From Eledone cirrhosa (taxonomy: Eukaryota), in the NCBI GenBank assembly GCA_964016885.1, contig OZ024750.1, positions 6,758,001-6,822,000 on the forward strand: a DNA stretch of 64,000 bases. The letters run 5' to 3'. Position 1 is the first letter of the stretch. Each line of letters starts with the position of its first letter. The notes under the pieces were generated by a model that was not told where the DNA came from, did not search any database, and saw only the letters and a list, made by a program, of their open reading frames with translations. Both the position numbers and the translations under genes were made by a program. This document shows, one piece after another, positions 52,637 through 64,000 of the stretch.

Positions 52637-52996
52637 TGTTGGCTATTTTTACTCTCAAATTTCTGAATGGATATTCATATATGTTTTCGAAGCACTGAAT
52701 AACCCCCTTTTCCATTTATTCCAAGCCGAGTGACAAAGGGAACAATGGCGTATTTATATATTAAGAAGTGTATGTACCTTTTTGTTTTTTTAAATAGGCA
52801 ATTGGTCGTACGCGTGGCCATCTTCAGCGATAAATTTTGTAATGAGGTATTGATGTTACTGAAAGGTTTACATCTCAATATAAATGAGGAATGATATCTT
52901 TTGTGGCCGAAGAGAAATTCATTAATGGTAAAGTAGACATAGTCCCAAATATGTCCACAGACTTGAAAGGGCGAGGATATTAACCACAGTAGATAT

Positions 52997-53156
52997 GTCC
53001 CACGAGAGAATGTAAAACTATGGGAGAGTCCCACGATAGAGCATGTAACTATGGGCGAGTCCCACGAGAGAATAACTACAGGAGAGAAACACCATAGAAT
53101 GTATAACTTTGTGAGAGCCCCAGGATGATATTTATAACTTTGGGAGAAACACCCCT
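52997..53156. repeat. Diverged ~30-bp tandem repeat, about 5 units
   Basis: gtcccacgagagaatgtaaaactatgggaga and variants. Confidence 0.75.
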
Positions 53157-53245
53157 ATAGACAGTCTTGTTTACCTGAAGCTACAAAAATACGTATTTAA
53201 CCCCACTGCCATATTGTGTTCAACTGTATAGTTTATTATTTATGG

Positions 53246-53570
53246 AGGGCAGTGGATTGGCAGTATCGGTAGAGGGTCGGACGCCATTCTGAGTTCAAAT
53301 CCCGCCGAGGTTAACTTTGCCTTTCATCCTTACGGGGTCGATAAAATAAAGTACCAGTAATGCACTGGGTAATTGCTGGCCTTGTGCCAAAAGTAAAAAC
53401 AATTATTTATGGTTAAGGCGGAGAATTGTGAGAGTCGTTAGAATGACAGCTAGAATGATTTATGGTATTCATTCCATCTCTCTGCTCTGAGTTCAAATCC
53501 CACTGAGGTCAATTTTGCTTTTCATCCAATCAAGGTTTATAAAAATAATACCAGCCTAGTACTGGGGTCA
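53246..53570 (+). mobile_element. Two tRNA-derived SINE copies
   Basis: Consensus match; the first copy has an internal deletion. Confidence 0.8.
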
Positions 53571-53997
53571 ATTCTTCTTCTATATCTCTTTCTCATTTCC
53601 ATTCTCTCACTCTTTATCCTTCCCTGGAAGAAATCTGACCTGAAGAGGAGATGGGCTCCACCAGGTTTTTTTTTTTTAAATGTCCTAGAAACGCCGTATG
53701 TTATTATGGCACCCCATGATTCATGCCCCTCCCCCAGGAGTTTCGGAACCATGGTATGCATTATTATTCTTGATATGTTGTGTCCCAACCTTTAATTAAT
53801 TCTCACTCACCACACAACATCTCTTCTCTGTTAACCCAGGTCAATCCAACTAGCTCCCACATAAACACAACCTTAAGTTATTCCACGTTAGAGCTACCTG
53901 CTCAATATAGCAATAGAAACAACAATTTTTTTTTTTAATGCAGTTCAGGGTTGCTTCTACTTTAAGCAAAGTTTTCCATGAAAGGGGGAGAGGGGAG

Positions 53998-54067
<70 letters not shown>

Positions 54068-54595
54068 AAATATTGTTGGAATCATGCAAGGAATTTAGAA
54101 AGACAAAGGTGTAAAAAGTTATCTTTCCATGAAAGAAAGTACAACATACACAACATCCCCTCACACCAATATATAAACATTGGTTTACATTAGATCTCTG
54201 AACAGGAACGGCACCGCCATTGGGGTGTTTAGAATTTGTCCAGGAGACTAAAAATAAATATCTTTATCAAGGATTGCTTCTTGAGCTACCTGCTCAATAT
54301 AGCAATAGGAACAACAACATTTTTTTAAATGCTGTTCAGGGTTGCTTCTACTTTAAGCAAAGTTTTCCATGAATGCCAAGTGAAGTAGAGCTGAAAGTTT
54401 TGTTAGTAAAATATTTTCTTTAAAGAATGGAAGAACCCCCCCCCCCCCCCACAATTATAATCTGAGATTTTACATATTTTATTAATTCTTTTCTTGGTTT
54501 TTATTCACCACAGCCAACCCCAATTCGGGGTAAACTGGATTTTATTGGTAGGAACAGTATCGAAGACATAATACCTGTCACTTAAATATTGATTA

Positions 54596-54649
<54 letters not shown>

Positions 54650-54849
54650 TTGTAGATAGCTGTTTTAGGTTATGTAACTGTTATAGAAACACGTGTCAAT
54701 AAATTCCTTTCAACTAAACTGTATCCATTCAAATCTTTCTATTTTTCTCCGGATTACTTTTGGAACTACAACTGGAACCGTCGAGCAAACTCTACGTGAG
54801 CTGATAATCTACTGTGTGTAATATTTATATTACAACACAACGGAAAATA

Positions 54850-54905
<56 letters not shown>

Positions 54906-55305
54906 ATCTATGTATCTATCTATCTATCTATTTCTTGCTCCACACACTCTCTTTCTTTTTATTTCTCTACCTCTCTATCTCCATACATATACATACAAGT
55001 ACATACATATACATACAAGTACAAATAGAATTATCTGTACACACGCATAGACACACACACACACAGACACACACAGGTTTTTGTATAGTGCTCCTGACCC
55101 TTGGCTGCCGTCCAAGACTTCCTGCCAGGATTAGTGCAGCTGATGAGGTTCATTCAACGATTGCAAGTGTGTGTATGAGTGTGTGGAAGAGGGTTCCAGA
55201 CGATTACAGTCCGGGGGTGGAAGGATTGGACGAAGTGTTTGCTGCAAGATATGAATGAGAGGTGATTCATATCATGAAAGAAAATATGAGAAATAAGGAG
55301 ATTAA

Positions 55306-55879
55306 TACAACTTGTGATATATTTTACAACAGTTGGTCCAGATGTGATATATATTTTACAACAGTTGGTCCAGATGTGATATATTGTACAACAGTTGGTC
55401 CAGATGTGATATATATTGTACAACAGTTGGTTCAGATGTGATATATATTGTACAACAGTTGGTCCTGATGTGATATATATTTTACAACAGTTGGTCCAGA
55501 TGTGATATATATTTTACAACAGTTGGTCCAGATGTGATATATTGTACAACAGTTGGTCCAGATGTGATATATATTGTACAACAGTTGGTTCAGATGTGAT
55601 ATATATTGTACAACAGTTGGTCCTGATGTGATATATATTTTACAACAGTTGGTCCAGATGTGATATATATTTTAAAACAGTTGGTTCAGATGTGATATAT
55701 TGTACAACAGTTGGTCCAGATGTGATATATATTGTACAACAGTTGGTTCAGATGTGATATATTGTACAACAGTCGGTCCAGATGTGATATATAGCACAAC
55801 ACTTGGTCCAGATGTCATATAGTGCACAGCAGTTGGTCCAGATGTGATATATATTGTACAACAGTTGGTCCAGATGTGA
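55306..55879. repeat. 32-34 bp minisatellite, about 17 units
   Basis: acaacagttggtccagatgtgatata(ta)tt(t/g)t. Confidence 0.95.
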
Positions 55880-56571
55880 ACATTTTTTTGGACCTTCTAA
55901 ACAGTTACTCTGGACTACCAATGTGTGGGAAGTTGTGTTCCGTTGTAAACATTATTTAAACCTTTTAAACAGTTTCTCTGGCCTAAAACTTTGAGAAGAA
56001 AATCAATCAATTGTCTTTGATGTGGTTTTAACAACATTATTGACAAGATGCTTCGAGGAGGAATTATTGAAGACATTAAAAGCATTATTTACTTTGAAGA
56101 AATCGATTGTGAACGCAGTAACCTTTTATATTCAATCATTCAATTTTAAATTGTTCCTATAATTTTTGTTACGTTTAAAGAAAACATCTTCCTGTTGACA
56201 CAACCCTATTTACTTTAGAATTTATAAGAACCATAATTTGGTACCCCCATTCCATCCGAAAGTGAAAGTTTATAACCATTACTTGAGATTAAAGACAGAA
56301 ACAAGATTTCCATTATTGTACAATTCCGTTTGTTAATAGTTTTATTACGGAATACTTTTGTTTTTAATCTGTATTTGATGTAGACTAAACGAAAACTAGG
56401 AAATGTTTTTATCATACCGTCCAATTTTACATAGATATTGTACTGTGTGATATCTATAAGGGTGGTGTAGAACCTAATGTCATTTTTATAACTATGAACG
56501 TCTTGAGTGGCACCCAACGACTGGCGACACCACTTTCTCTCATTCCCTCTCACTCTAACTATCACACAATC

Positions 56572-57682
56572 CAGAGATTCTTTCCTGAGACACTCTAACC
56601 ACATACCCTTAGTATCAGAGCTGTGGTCTCTTAATTCAGAGATTCTTTCCTGAGACACTCTAACCACATACCCTTAGTATCAGAGCTGTGATCTCTTAAT
56701 TCAGAGATTCTTTCCTGAGACACTCTAACCACATACCCTTAGTATCGGAGCTGTGGTCTCTCAATTCAGAGATTCTTTCCTGAGACACTCTAACCACATA
56801 CCCATAGTATCGGAGCTGTGATCTCTCAATTCAGAGATTCTTTCCTGAGACACTCTAACCACATACCCTTAGTATCGGAGCTGTGATCTCTCAATTCAGA
56901 GATTCTTTCCTGAGACACTCTAACCACATACCCTTAGTATCGGAGCTGTGGTCTCTCAATTCAGAGATTCTTTCCTGAGACACTCTAACCACATACCCAT
57001 AGTATCGGAGCTGTGATCTCTCAATTCAGAGATTCTTTCCTGAGACACTCTAACCACATACCCTTAGTATCGGAGCTGTGGTCTCTTAATTCAGAGATTA
57101 TTTCCTGAGACACTCTAACCACATACCCTTAGTATCGGAGCTGTGGTCTCTCAATTCAGAGATTCTTTCCTGAGACACTCTAACCACATACCCATCGTAT
57201 CGGAGCTGTGATCTCTCAATTCAGAGATTCTTTCCTGAGACACTCTAACCACATACCCTTAGTATCGGAGCTGTGGTCTCTCAATTCAGAGATTCTTTCC
57301 TGAGACACTCTAACCACATACCCTTAGTATCGGAGCTGTGATCTCTCAATTCAGAGATTCTTTCCTGAGACACTCTAACCACATACCCTTAGTATCGAAG
57401 CTGTGATCTCTCAATTCAGAGATTATTTCCTGAGACACTCTAACCACATACCCTTAGTATCGGAGCTGTGACCTCTCAATTCAGAGATTCTTTCCTGAGA
57501 CACTCTAACCACATACCCTTAGTATCAGAGCTGTGATCTCTTAATTCAGAGATTCTTTCCTGAGACACTCTAACCACATACCCTTAGTATCGGAGCTGTG
57601 GTCTCTCAATTCAGAGATTCTTTCCTGAGACACTCTAACCACATACCCTTAGTATCGAAGCTGTGACCTCTCAATTCAGAGA
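56572..57682 (-). repeat. 65-bp tandem array (17 units) derived from RTE LINE coding sequence
   Basis: cagagattctttcctgagacactctaaccacatacccttagtatcggagctgtgatctctcaatt. Confidence 0.95.
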
Positions 57683-57976
57683 AGTAGTGATTATACCAAG
57701 AGCTACAATAACCATCAAATGACTCCTGGCGCCATATCCCCTCCACTACCACCACCACCATCCTGTATGTAAGCTACAATAACCCACTCAGTCCATATTT
57801 ACTTTCTAATAACACCTCCAGCTCTAACATCAACCATTCAACCATAACAATACAGAGTCACTTATTTGGTTTCACTCATAATTTTGAATCGCTTTAATAA
57901 TAGTCTACAGTAAAAACACAGCCAGAGATAGAAATCTAGTCTTCTCATTAACGTCACACACCACACACACACACAC

Positions 57977-58015
<39 letters not shown>

Positions 58016-58277
58016 CATATATATGTGTGTATATATATATATATATACACATATGTGCGTGCGTGATTATATATATATAGTACTTAATACACTTTATCGT
58101 CTTTCCATCACAAACCAGTCATTTCGTTAAAATACTATTCCAGTTTCTGTTCCTTTTCTGATAAAGTGGACAGAACAATTGAAATGTCATTACAGATAGA
58201 TATTTATTTCCACATTAATCATCAGTCTTTTTCAGCCTGAATGTAGAGCAATGTTTTCTGTTAATCCTATTAAGTAC

Positions 58278-58937
58278 GTGGTTAGAGTGTCTCAGGAAAG
58301 AATCTCTGAATTGAGAGATCACAGCTTCGATACTATGGGCATGTGGTTAGAGTGTCTCAGGAAAGAATCTCTGAATTGAGAGATCACAGCTTCGATACTA
58401 TGGGAATGTGGTTAGAGTGTCTCAGGAAAGAATCTCTGAATTGAGAGATCACAGCTTCGATACTATGGTCATGTGGTTAGAGTGTCTCAGGAAAGAATCT
58501 CTGAATTGAGAGATCACAGCTTCGATACTATGGGAATGTGGTTAGAGTGTCTCAGGAAAGAATCTCTGAATTGAGAGATCACAGCTTCGATACTATGGTC
58601 ATGTGGTTAGAGTGTCTCAGGAAAGAATCTCTGAATTGAGAGATCACAGCTTCGATACAATGGTCATGTGGTTAGAGTGTCTCAGGAAAGAATCTCTGAA
58701 TTGAGAGATCACAGCTTCGATACTATGGTCATGTGGTTAGAGTGTCTCAGGAAAGAATCTCTGAATTGAGAGATCACAGCTTCGATACTATGGGAATGTG
58801 GTTAGAATGTCTCAGGAAAGAATTGATGGACATATTTTCCGGACAAAACCAACTGGCAGGAGACCTGGAAGTAGATTCCGAGTAAGATGGTTGGATAACA
58901 TCCATGAGCTTGGTTGGTCTCGTTTGGGGATCCAACA
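58278..58937 (+). repeat. 65-bp tandem array (8 units plus a partial unit) in opposite orientation, running into RTE 3' sequence
   Basis: gtggttagagtgtctcaggaaagaatctctgaattgagagatcacagcttcgatactatgg..at, then [30 protein letters not shown]. Confidence 0.95.
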
Positions 58938-59084
58938 GCTTTAGTCAGCTTTAGTTGATTCCTCTACTGTCTAATAGTTTATTGGTCTTATAGAAGACAA
59001 AGTTGACTTGGATAGTATTTGAACTCTGTTAGGTGGAGGGACAAAAACTGAATATTGTTTAGTATTTAATATGATGCTTTCAAA

Positions 59085-59960
59085 CCCTCCACCACACCAG
59101 CTCCATCATACTACCTCCTCCACCACCACCACCTCCTCCACACCACCACCACCTCCACCACACCACCACCACACCACCACCACCTTCCTCAACCACGCCA
59201 CACACCAGCTCCAACCACCACCACCACCACAACAACGACCGCCTCCACCGCCATCACCACCTCCACCACCACCATCCATCCACCACCACCACCACAACAA
59301 CAACAACCGCCTCCAGACCACCAACACCACCTCCACCACACCACCACCACCATCCACCACCACCACAACCACCACCACCACCACCACCACCACCACCACC
59401 ACCACAACAACAACCGCCTCCACACCACCAAAACCACCTCCACCACACCACCACCACCATCCACCACCACCACAACCACCACAACAACAACAACAACCGC
59501 CTCCACACCACCAACACCACCAACACCACCACAACAACGACCGCCTCCACCGCCACCACACCACCACCACCATCCACCACCACCATCCACCACCGCCACC
59601 ACACCACCACCACCACCACCACCACCACAACCACAACAACAACAACAACCGCCTCCACACCACCAACACCACCAACACCACCACAACAACGACCGCCTCC
59701 ACCACAACAACCACCACCACCACCACCACCACCACAACAACAACAACCGCCTCCACGCCACCAACACCACCAACACCACCACAACAACGACCGCCTCCAC
59801 CGCCACCACACCACCACCACCATCCACCACCACCACCACCACCGCCACCACCACCACAACAACAACAACAACAACAACAACCGCCTCCACGCCACCAACA
59901 CCACCTCCACCACACCACCACAACATCTCCCTCCACCACCACTACACCTCCACACCATCT
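59085..59960. repeat. (CAC/CAA)-rich low-complexity tract
   Basis: Direct reading; open in several frames for compositional reasons. Confidence 0.9.
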
Positions 59961-60307
59961 CTCTTCACAAGATGGAGCTAGAAATTCTCTAATTTACGTC
60001 AAGTATTCTATATCTGTTGTTTGGCCGGAAAGGGAAACGAAATTCTAGACTTGACTTTATTCGGAGCCAACCAATATAAGGATTCCACAAGTTTCGTCTT
60101 GCGTATTTTCTTAATGACCACAGAGTTCATCATCATCATCATCGGCATCATCATCATCATCGTCATCGTCATCGGCATATCATCATCATCGTCATCGGCA
60201 TCATCATCATCATCAGTTTAAAAAAAAAAAAGAACATTCAACTTCCGACGATTTCAGTTCAGTCACCTGGTGGCAATTAAGATATCGGAATATATATATA
60301 TATATGT

Positions 60308-60459
<152 letters not shown>

Positions 60460-60527
60460 TGTAAGATTTCACCTAAATACCGCATTACACACAAACATAC
60501 AGATATAGATGAGCAAAATACATACAA

Positions 60528-60584
<57 letters not shown>

Positions 60585-60900
60585 AAGGGAAGCTATAGAG
60601 TTTCTCCAGTAAAGAAGTAAAGAAGATAAATTGACTTTTCATTATCTTCTGTATTGAAACATAAGAAAATCTCCGGAAATCTCCGGAAATCTCCGGAAAT
60701 CTCCGGGGATATTAATGGTGTTAATGTAACCTAGATAGTAACTCAACATTGAGCGGTGAAACTAGCTTCAATTTCTATTTATATCACAGTTTACTTATTC
60801 TCTCGTTATATATATGTGTGTGTCTCTGTGTGTGTGTGTGTGTGTGTATAACAAGAAGTGTAAGTCAACGGGTTAAAATTAACTTCGTTTATTCATATTC

Positions 60901-60959
60901 GCTGCAATATATATTTCGGTGATAACCATTATTCAACAGTTATGACCTCATCAGACAGC
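60901..60959 (-). ncRNA. Minimal hammerhead ribozyme motif (homologue of 28318-28374)
   Basis: gctgt CTGATGA ggtcataactgtt-gaat-aatggttatcacc GAAA tatata tt gcagc. Confidence 0.65.
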
Positions 60960-60991
60960 TAGAACTTGAACAGAAAAAAACAGCTTATATA

Positions 60992-61091
<100 letters not shown>

Positions 61092-61208
61092 AGAGTATGG
61101 GTTTAACCGAACAGATATGTGCGGACCACATTATGGTTTGTCGGTTTTGATTGAATTTTTCCAAACTTAAAGGTTTCTTAGGAACTTTCAATGTTTATTT
61201 GAGGTTTG

Positions 61209-61266
61209 CCGTCTGAAGAGCTCGGGCTATCATAACTGATAGTCCTCAGTGAAATATGTATAACGG
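61209..61266 (+). ncRNA. Minimal hammerhead ribozyme motif
   Basis: ccgt CTGAAGA gctcgggctatca-taac-tgatagtcctcagt GAAA tatgta ta acgg. Confidence 0.65.
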
Positions 61267-61659
61267 AGTTTTAAATAAACCTTAATATATATATATATAT
61301 ATTTATTAAAATAACAGATTAAAGTTTGAGCAAAGAATCGCTGCTTTCACCCTTAACGTTATCTTCTGAAACTCTTTGGATTTTAGTCTTCAAATTTATT
61401 ATTATTACTATATCGTAACGACTTTCCAGAAGTTTAATGATTTTCCCTAGAAAAAAAAACACGTTTGTTTGTGTTTTTCTTTAGCTTTGATATATATTAT
61501 TGTGTATTATATTTGTGAGGTTCCTAGCAATAATTAATTGTATTTATTATATATGTTTACATATGTGTTTATATGTGTATATATTTATGTTTATATTTTC
61601 ATGTAAGAATTATAAACAATTTGTAATGTTATTTATATAACTGTGAGCAATAAATGTTT

Positions 61660-62110
61660 AAACATGAAGAACTACAACAATATTTCACCGATAGAAAAAA
61701 CTTATTTCTGCTTCAGTAGAATTGATTGAGGTTGTCTTTATAATTTCTTTTCTTTTCCTTATTGCTCTAACGACATGAGCATCTTTCAACTAAATCTTAT
61801 TTTTAGAGATACATAATTATTTAAAACTATTTAAAATAATTTTTATAATTTTTCTGATTTAATTTATTACATATAACCTTTCTTCTCCAAGTTCCCAAGG
61901 AACTTCTTCACTGTTCCATGAACAAGAATACAAAACAACAATTTCGGGTATATAACTATCAGAACATAAGTTATCTTTTAAAACCATAATGTGTTCTTTG
62001 CTTAACAATCCTGCCTCCATTTTGAAAAAAATTGCTGCACTTATCTTGTGGCAGCGATTTAACCTTTCGTTTTCTATGCATTTGAAAGTATCACTTTTGC
62101 CAGTTCATTA
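61660..62110 (-). pseudogene. Possible decayed hAT transposase C-terminal fragment
   Basis: Broken frames read PWELGEERL and KEIIKTTSINSTEAEISF, resembling the hAT dimerisation motif (S..E.ER.FS); contains stops. Confidence 0.3.
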
Positions 62111-62354
62111 ATTTTATATAATATAAACTATTTAATATCTGCCTAGTTTAATATCTTTTTTTTTTTTTCATTAATATCATCATAAGCTATAATAAAGGTT
62201 TGCTTTTTTGTTTCATTTAGTATAATTAAAATATTTGTATGAGATTTTTCATTGAAAATGTTTGTTCGTGTTTTCGAGTTCACATACGATTAATTGTGTG
62301 GTTCTTTCGCGCTTCAGAAAGAAAATATGAAAAGATGTTATTTTATAGATTGCG

Positions 62355-62397
<43 letters not shown>

Positions 62398-62398
62398 T

Positions 62399-62438
<40 letters not shown>

Positions 62439-62483
62439 ATATGAAAATATGAAAAGATGTTACTTTATAGATTCACAATTGTG

Positions 62484-62568
<85 letters not shown>

Positions 62569-62968
62569 TACAGTGGCGGACTGGCCATGTTTCCCAATGG
62601 CAAGTGGGTCCCAGGGGGGCCACAGTAGCATTGATAGAGCCCACAGTAGCATTGCAGGGTCCACTGTAGTATTTTAGCGGCCAATGCTTTACTTTCAAAA
62701 AATACCTGGAATCTAAGAGAAAAAATAAAATAAAAAAATAAATAAATAAAACAATTAAGCAATTCACCAGGGAATTACTAGAAACCAAAATATATGATAT
62801 GGACGAGGATGTAGTTTATGGAACACCCAAATGGTTTAGAAGTAGACCTTAAGTAGGAGCAATAACATTAAGAAAGAAATGAACGACACCACATGATTTT
62901 GTTTTGAAAATTTTGAAAGTAGGTTTATAAGTATGAATTTTCATCAGATTTTCGTAGCTGTCTCTTTG

Positions 62969-63514
62969 TGGCCTAGCGGTAGGTACTAGAGACAGTGGAG
63001 CTCCTGGCCTAGCGGTAGGTACTAGAGACGGTGGAGCTCCTGGCCTAGCGGTAGGTACTAGAGACGGTGGAGCTCCTGGCCTAGCGGTAGGTACTAGAGA
63101 CAGTGGAGCTCCTGGCCTAGCGGTAGGTACTAGAGACAGTGGAGCTCCTGGCCTAGCGGTAGGTACTAGAGACGGTGGAGCTCCTGGCCTAGCGGTAGGT
63201 ACTAGAGACAGTGGAGCTCCTGGCCTAGCGGTAGGTACTAGAGACAGTGGAGCTCCTGGCCTAGCGGTAGGTACTAGAGACAGTGGAGCTCCTGGCCTAG
63301 CGGTAGGTACTAGAGACAGTGGAGCTCCTGGCCTAGCGGTAGGTACTAGAGACAGTGGAGCTCCTGGCCTAGCGGTAGGTACTAGAGACGGTGGAGCTCC
63401 TGGCCTAGCGGTAGGTACTAGAGACAGTGGAGCTCCTGGCCTAGCGGTAGGTACTAGAGACAGTGGAGCTCCTGGCCTAGCGGTAGGTACTAGAGACGGT
63501 GGAGCTCCTGGCCT
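62969..63514 (+). repeat. 15 x 36-bp tandem array inside a tRNA-like sequence
   Basis: tggcctagcggtaggtactagagac(a/g)gtggagctcc; one variable position, no spacers. Confidence 0.97.
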
Positions 63515-63608
63515 TGGGTTCTACTCTGGTCAAGAGATATATGTAATTTTCAGTTTTTATTTTACAACCAATAGAAAAAAATTGCAAAGGTTTAGCACGT
63601 ACCCTATT

Positions 63609-63687
63609 GCCAACAAGGATCGAACTTTAGACCAGGATCACCACCGTCTATGAGCCCTCCCACTAGGCCACCAAGACAACTACAAAA
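63609..63687 (-). other. tRNA-like (Pol III A/B-box) sequence homologous to the array-bearing copy
   Basis: - strand: gtcttggTGGCCTAGTGGgagggctcatagacggtggtgatcctggtctaaaGTTCGATCCttg. Confidence 0.6.
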
Positions 63688-64000
63688 GTATACTGAAAAT
63701 TGATAATTATAAACCTACTTTCAAAATCAAAGTTAAAAAGATGTGCTGTCGTTCATTGCTTTCCCAGAGCTATTAGTAATATCTAGGGTCGACCTCTGGT
63801 CATTATTGAAAGTCTCTGGATTTCGCAAAATACATAATATGTTTTTATTGGAGAAGGTAAGATATTTTTCCGCAAAAATTTGATTGCACTATTTTGTTCC
63901 CACTTCTGTATTTTTCGAAAATGTTATTTATTCATTATAAAAATTAAATGATAGCATTCTATATGTAGGTGGGACCCCTTCATCTCCTGGCAACCATTAT

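Larger units (their letters stand above)
62571..64000. mobile_element. Probable hAT-type DNA transposon left end; right end not seen in window
   Basis: Abrupt switch from (TA)n to CAGTGGCGGACTGGCC..., a CAG-initiated GC-rich terminus with subterminal direct repeat ccacagtagcattg x2. Confidence 0.45.

Noticed and set aside
52675-53034. 119-aa minus-strand ORF containing aagATGGC
   Set aside because: No homology signal; the YY1/CCAAT-like motifs alone are too weak to call a gene
55306-58820. Regular 33-bp and 65-bp periodicities suggesting CRISPR repeat-spacer units
   Set aside because: The whole unit is repeated with no variable spacers; the 65-mer is LINE-derived
59071-60048. 325-aa Pro/His/Thr-rich ORF and its antisense ORFs
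   Set aside because: The CAC/CAA low-complexity tract is open in several frames by composition; no domain or splice support
62969-63514. 36-bp repeats suggesting a CRISPR array
   Set aside because: Units are contiguous with no unique spacers, there are no cas genes, and the context is eukaryotic

Overview
AT-rich, microsatellite-dense animal genomic DNA. The repeat content resembles an octopus/coleoid cephalopod, which is inference only. There is one 200-N scaffold gap (47465-47664). Two spliced protein-coding genes can be built on the + strand. (1) The last 17 exons (310-22684, about 1090 codons, all GT-AG and phase-consistent) of a FREM2/ECM3-like extracellular matrix protein, with Calx-beta repeats, dibasic cleavage sites, a TM helix and a C-terminal TEV PDZ ligand. 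(2) A three-exon Polycomb PRC1 E3 ligase RING1/RNF2 (42663-47345) with a long polyN/polyQ/polyH/polyS linker. The rest is introns and intergenic DNA filled with tRNA-derived SINEs, truncated CR1, RTE and R4/Dong LINE fragments, piggyBac- and mariner-type MITEs and minisatellites. Most ORFs in the supplied track are microsatellite artefacts. The most unusual observations: at least six minimal hammerhead-ribozyme motifs of Penelope type; two inverted 65-bp satellite arrays amplified from RTE LINE coding sequence; a 15x36-bp array that multiplies the A-box of a tRNA-like gene, with an inverted homologue next to it; a duplicated FREM2 splice acceptor that leads to a premature stop; a pri-miRNA-like hairpin; and an ETS/NRF1/YY1 promoter candidate with no assignable gene. 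I cannot demonstrate a new biological system from sequence alone.
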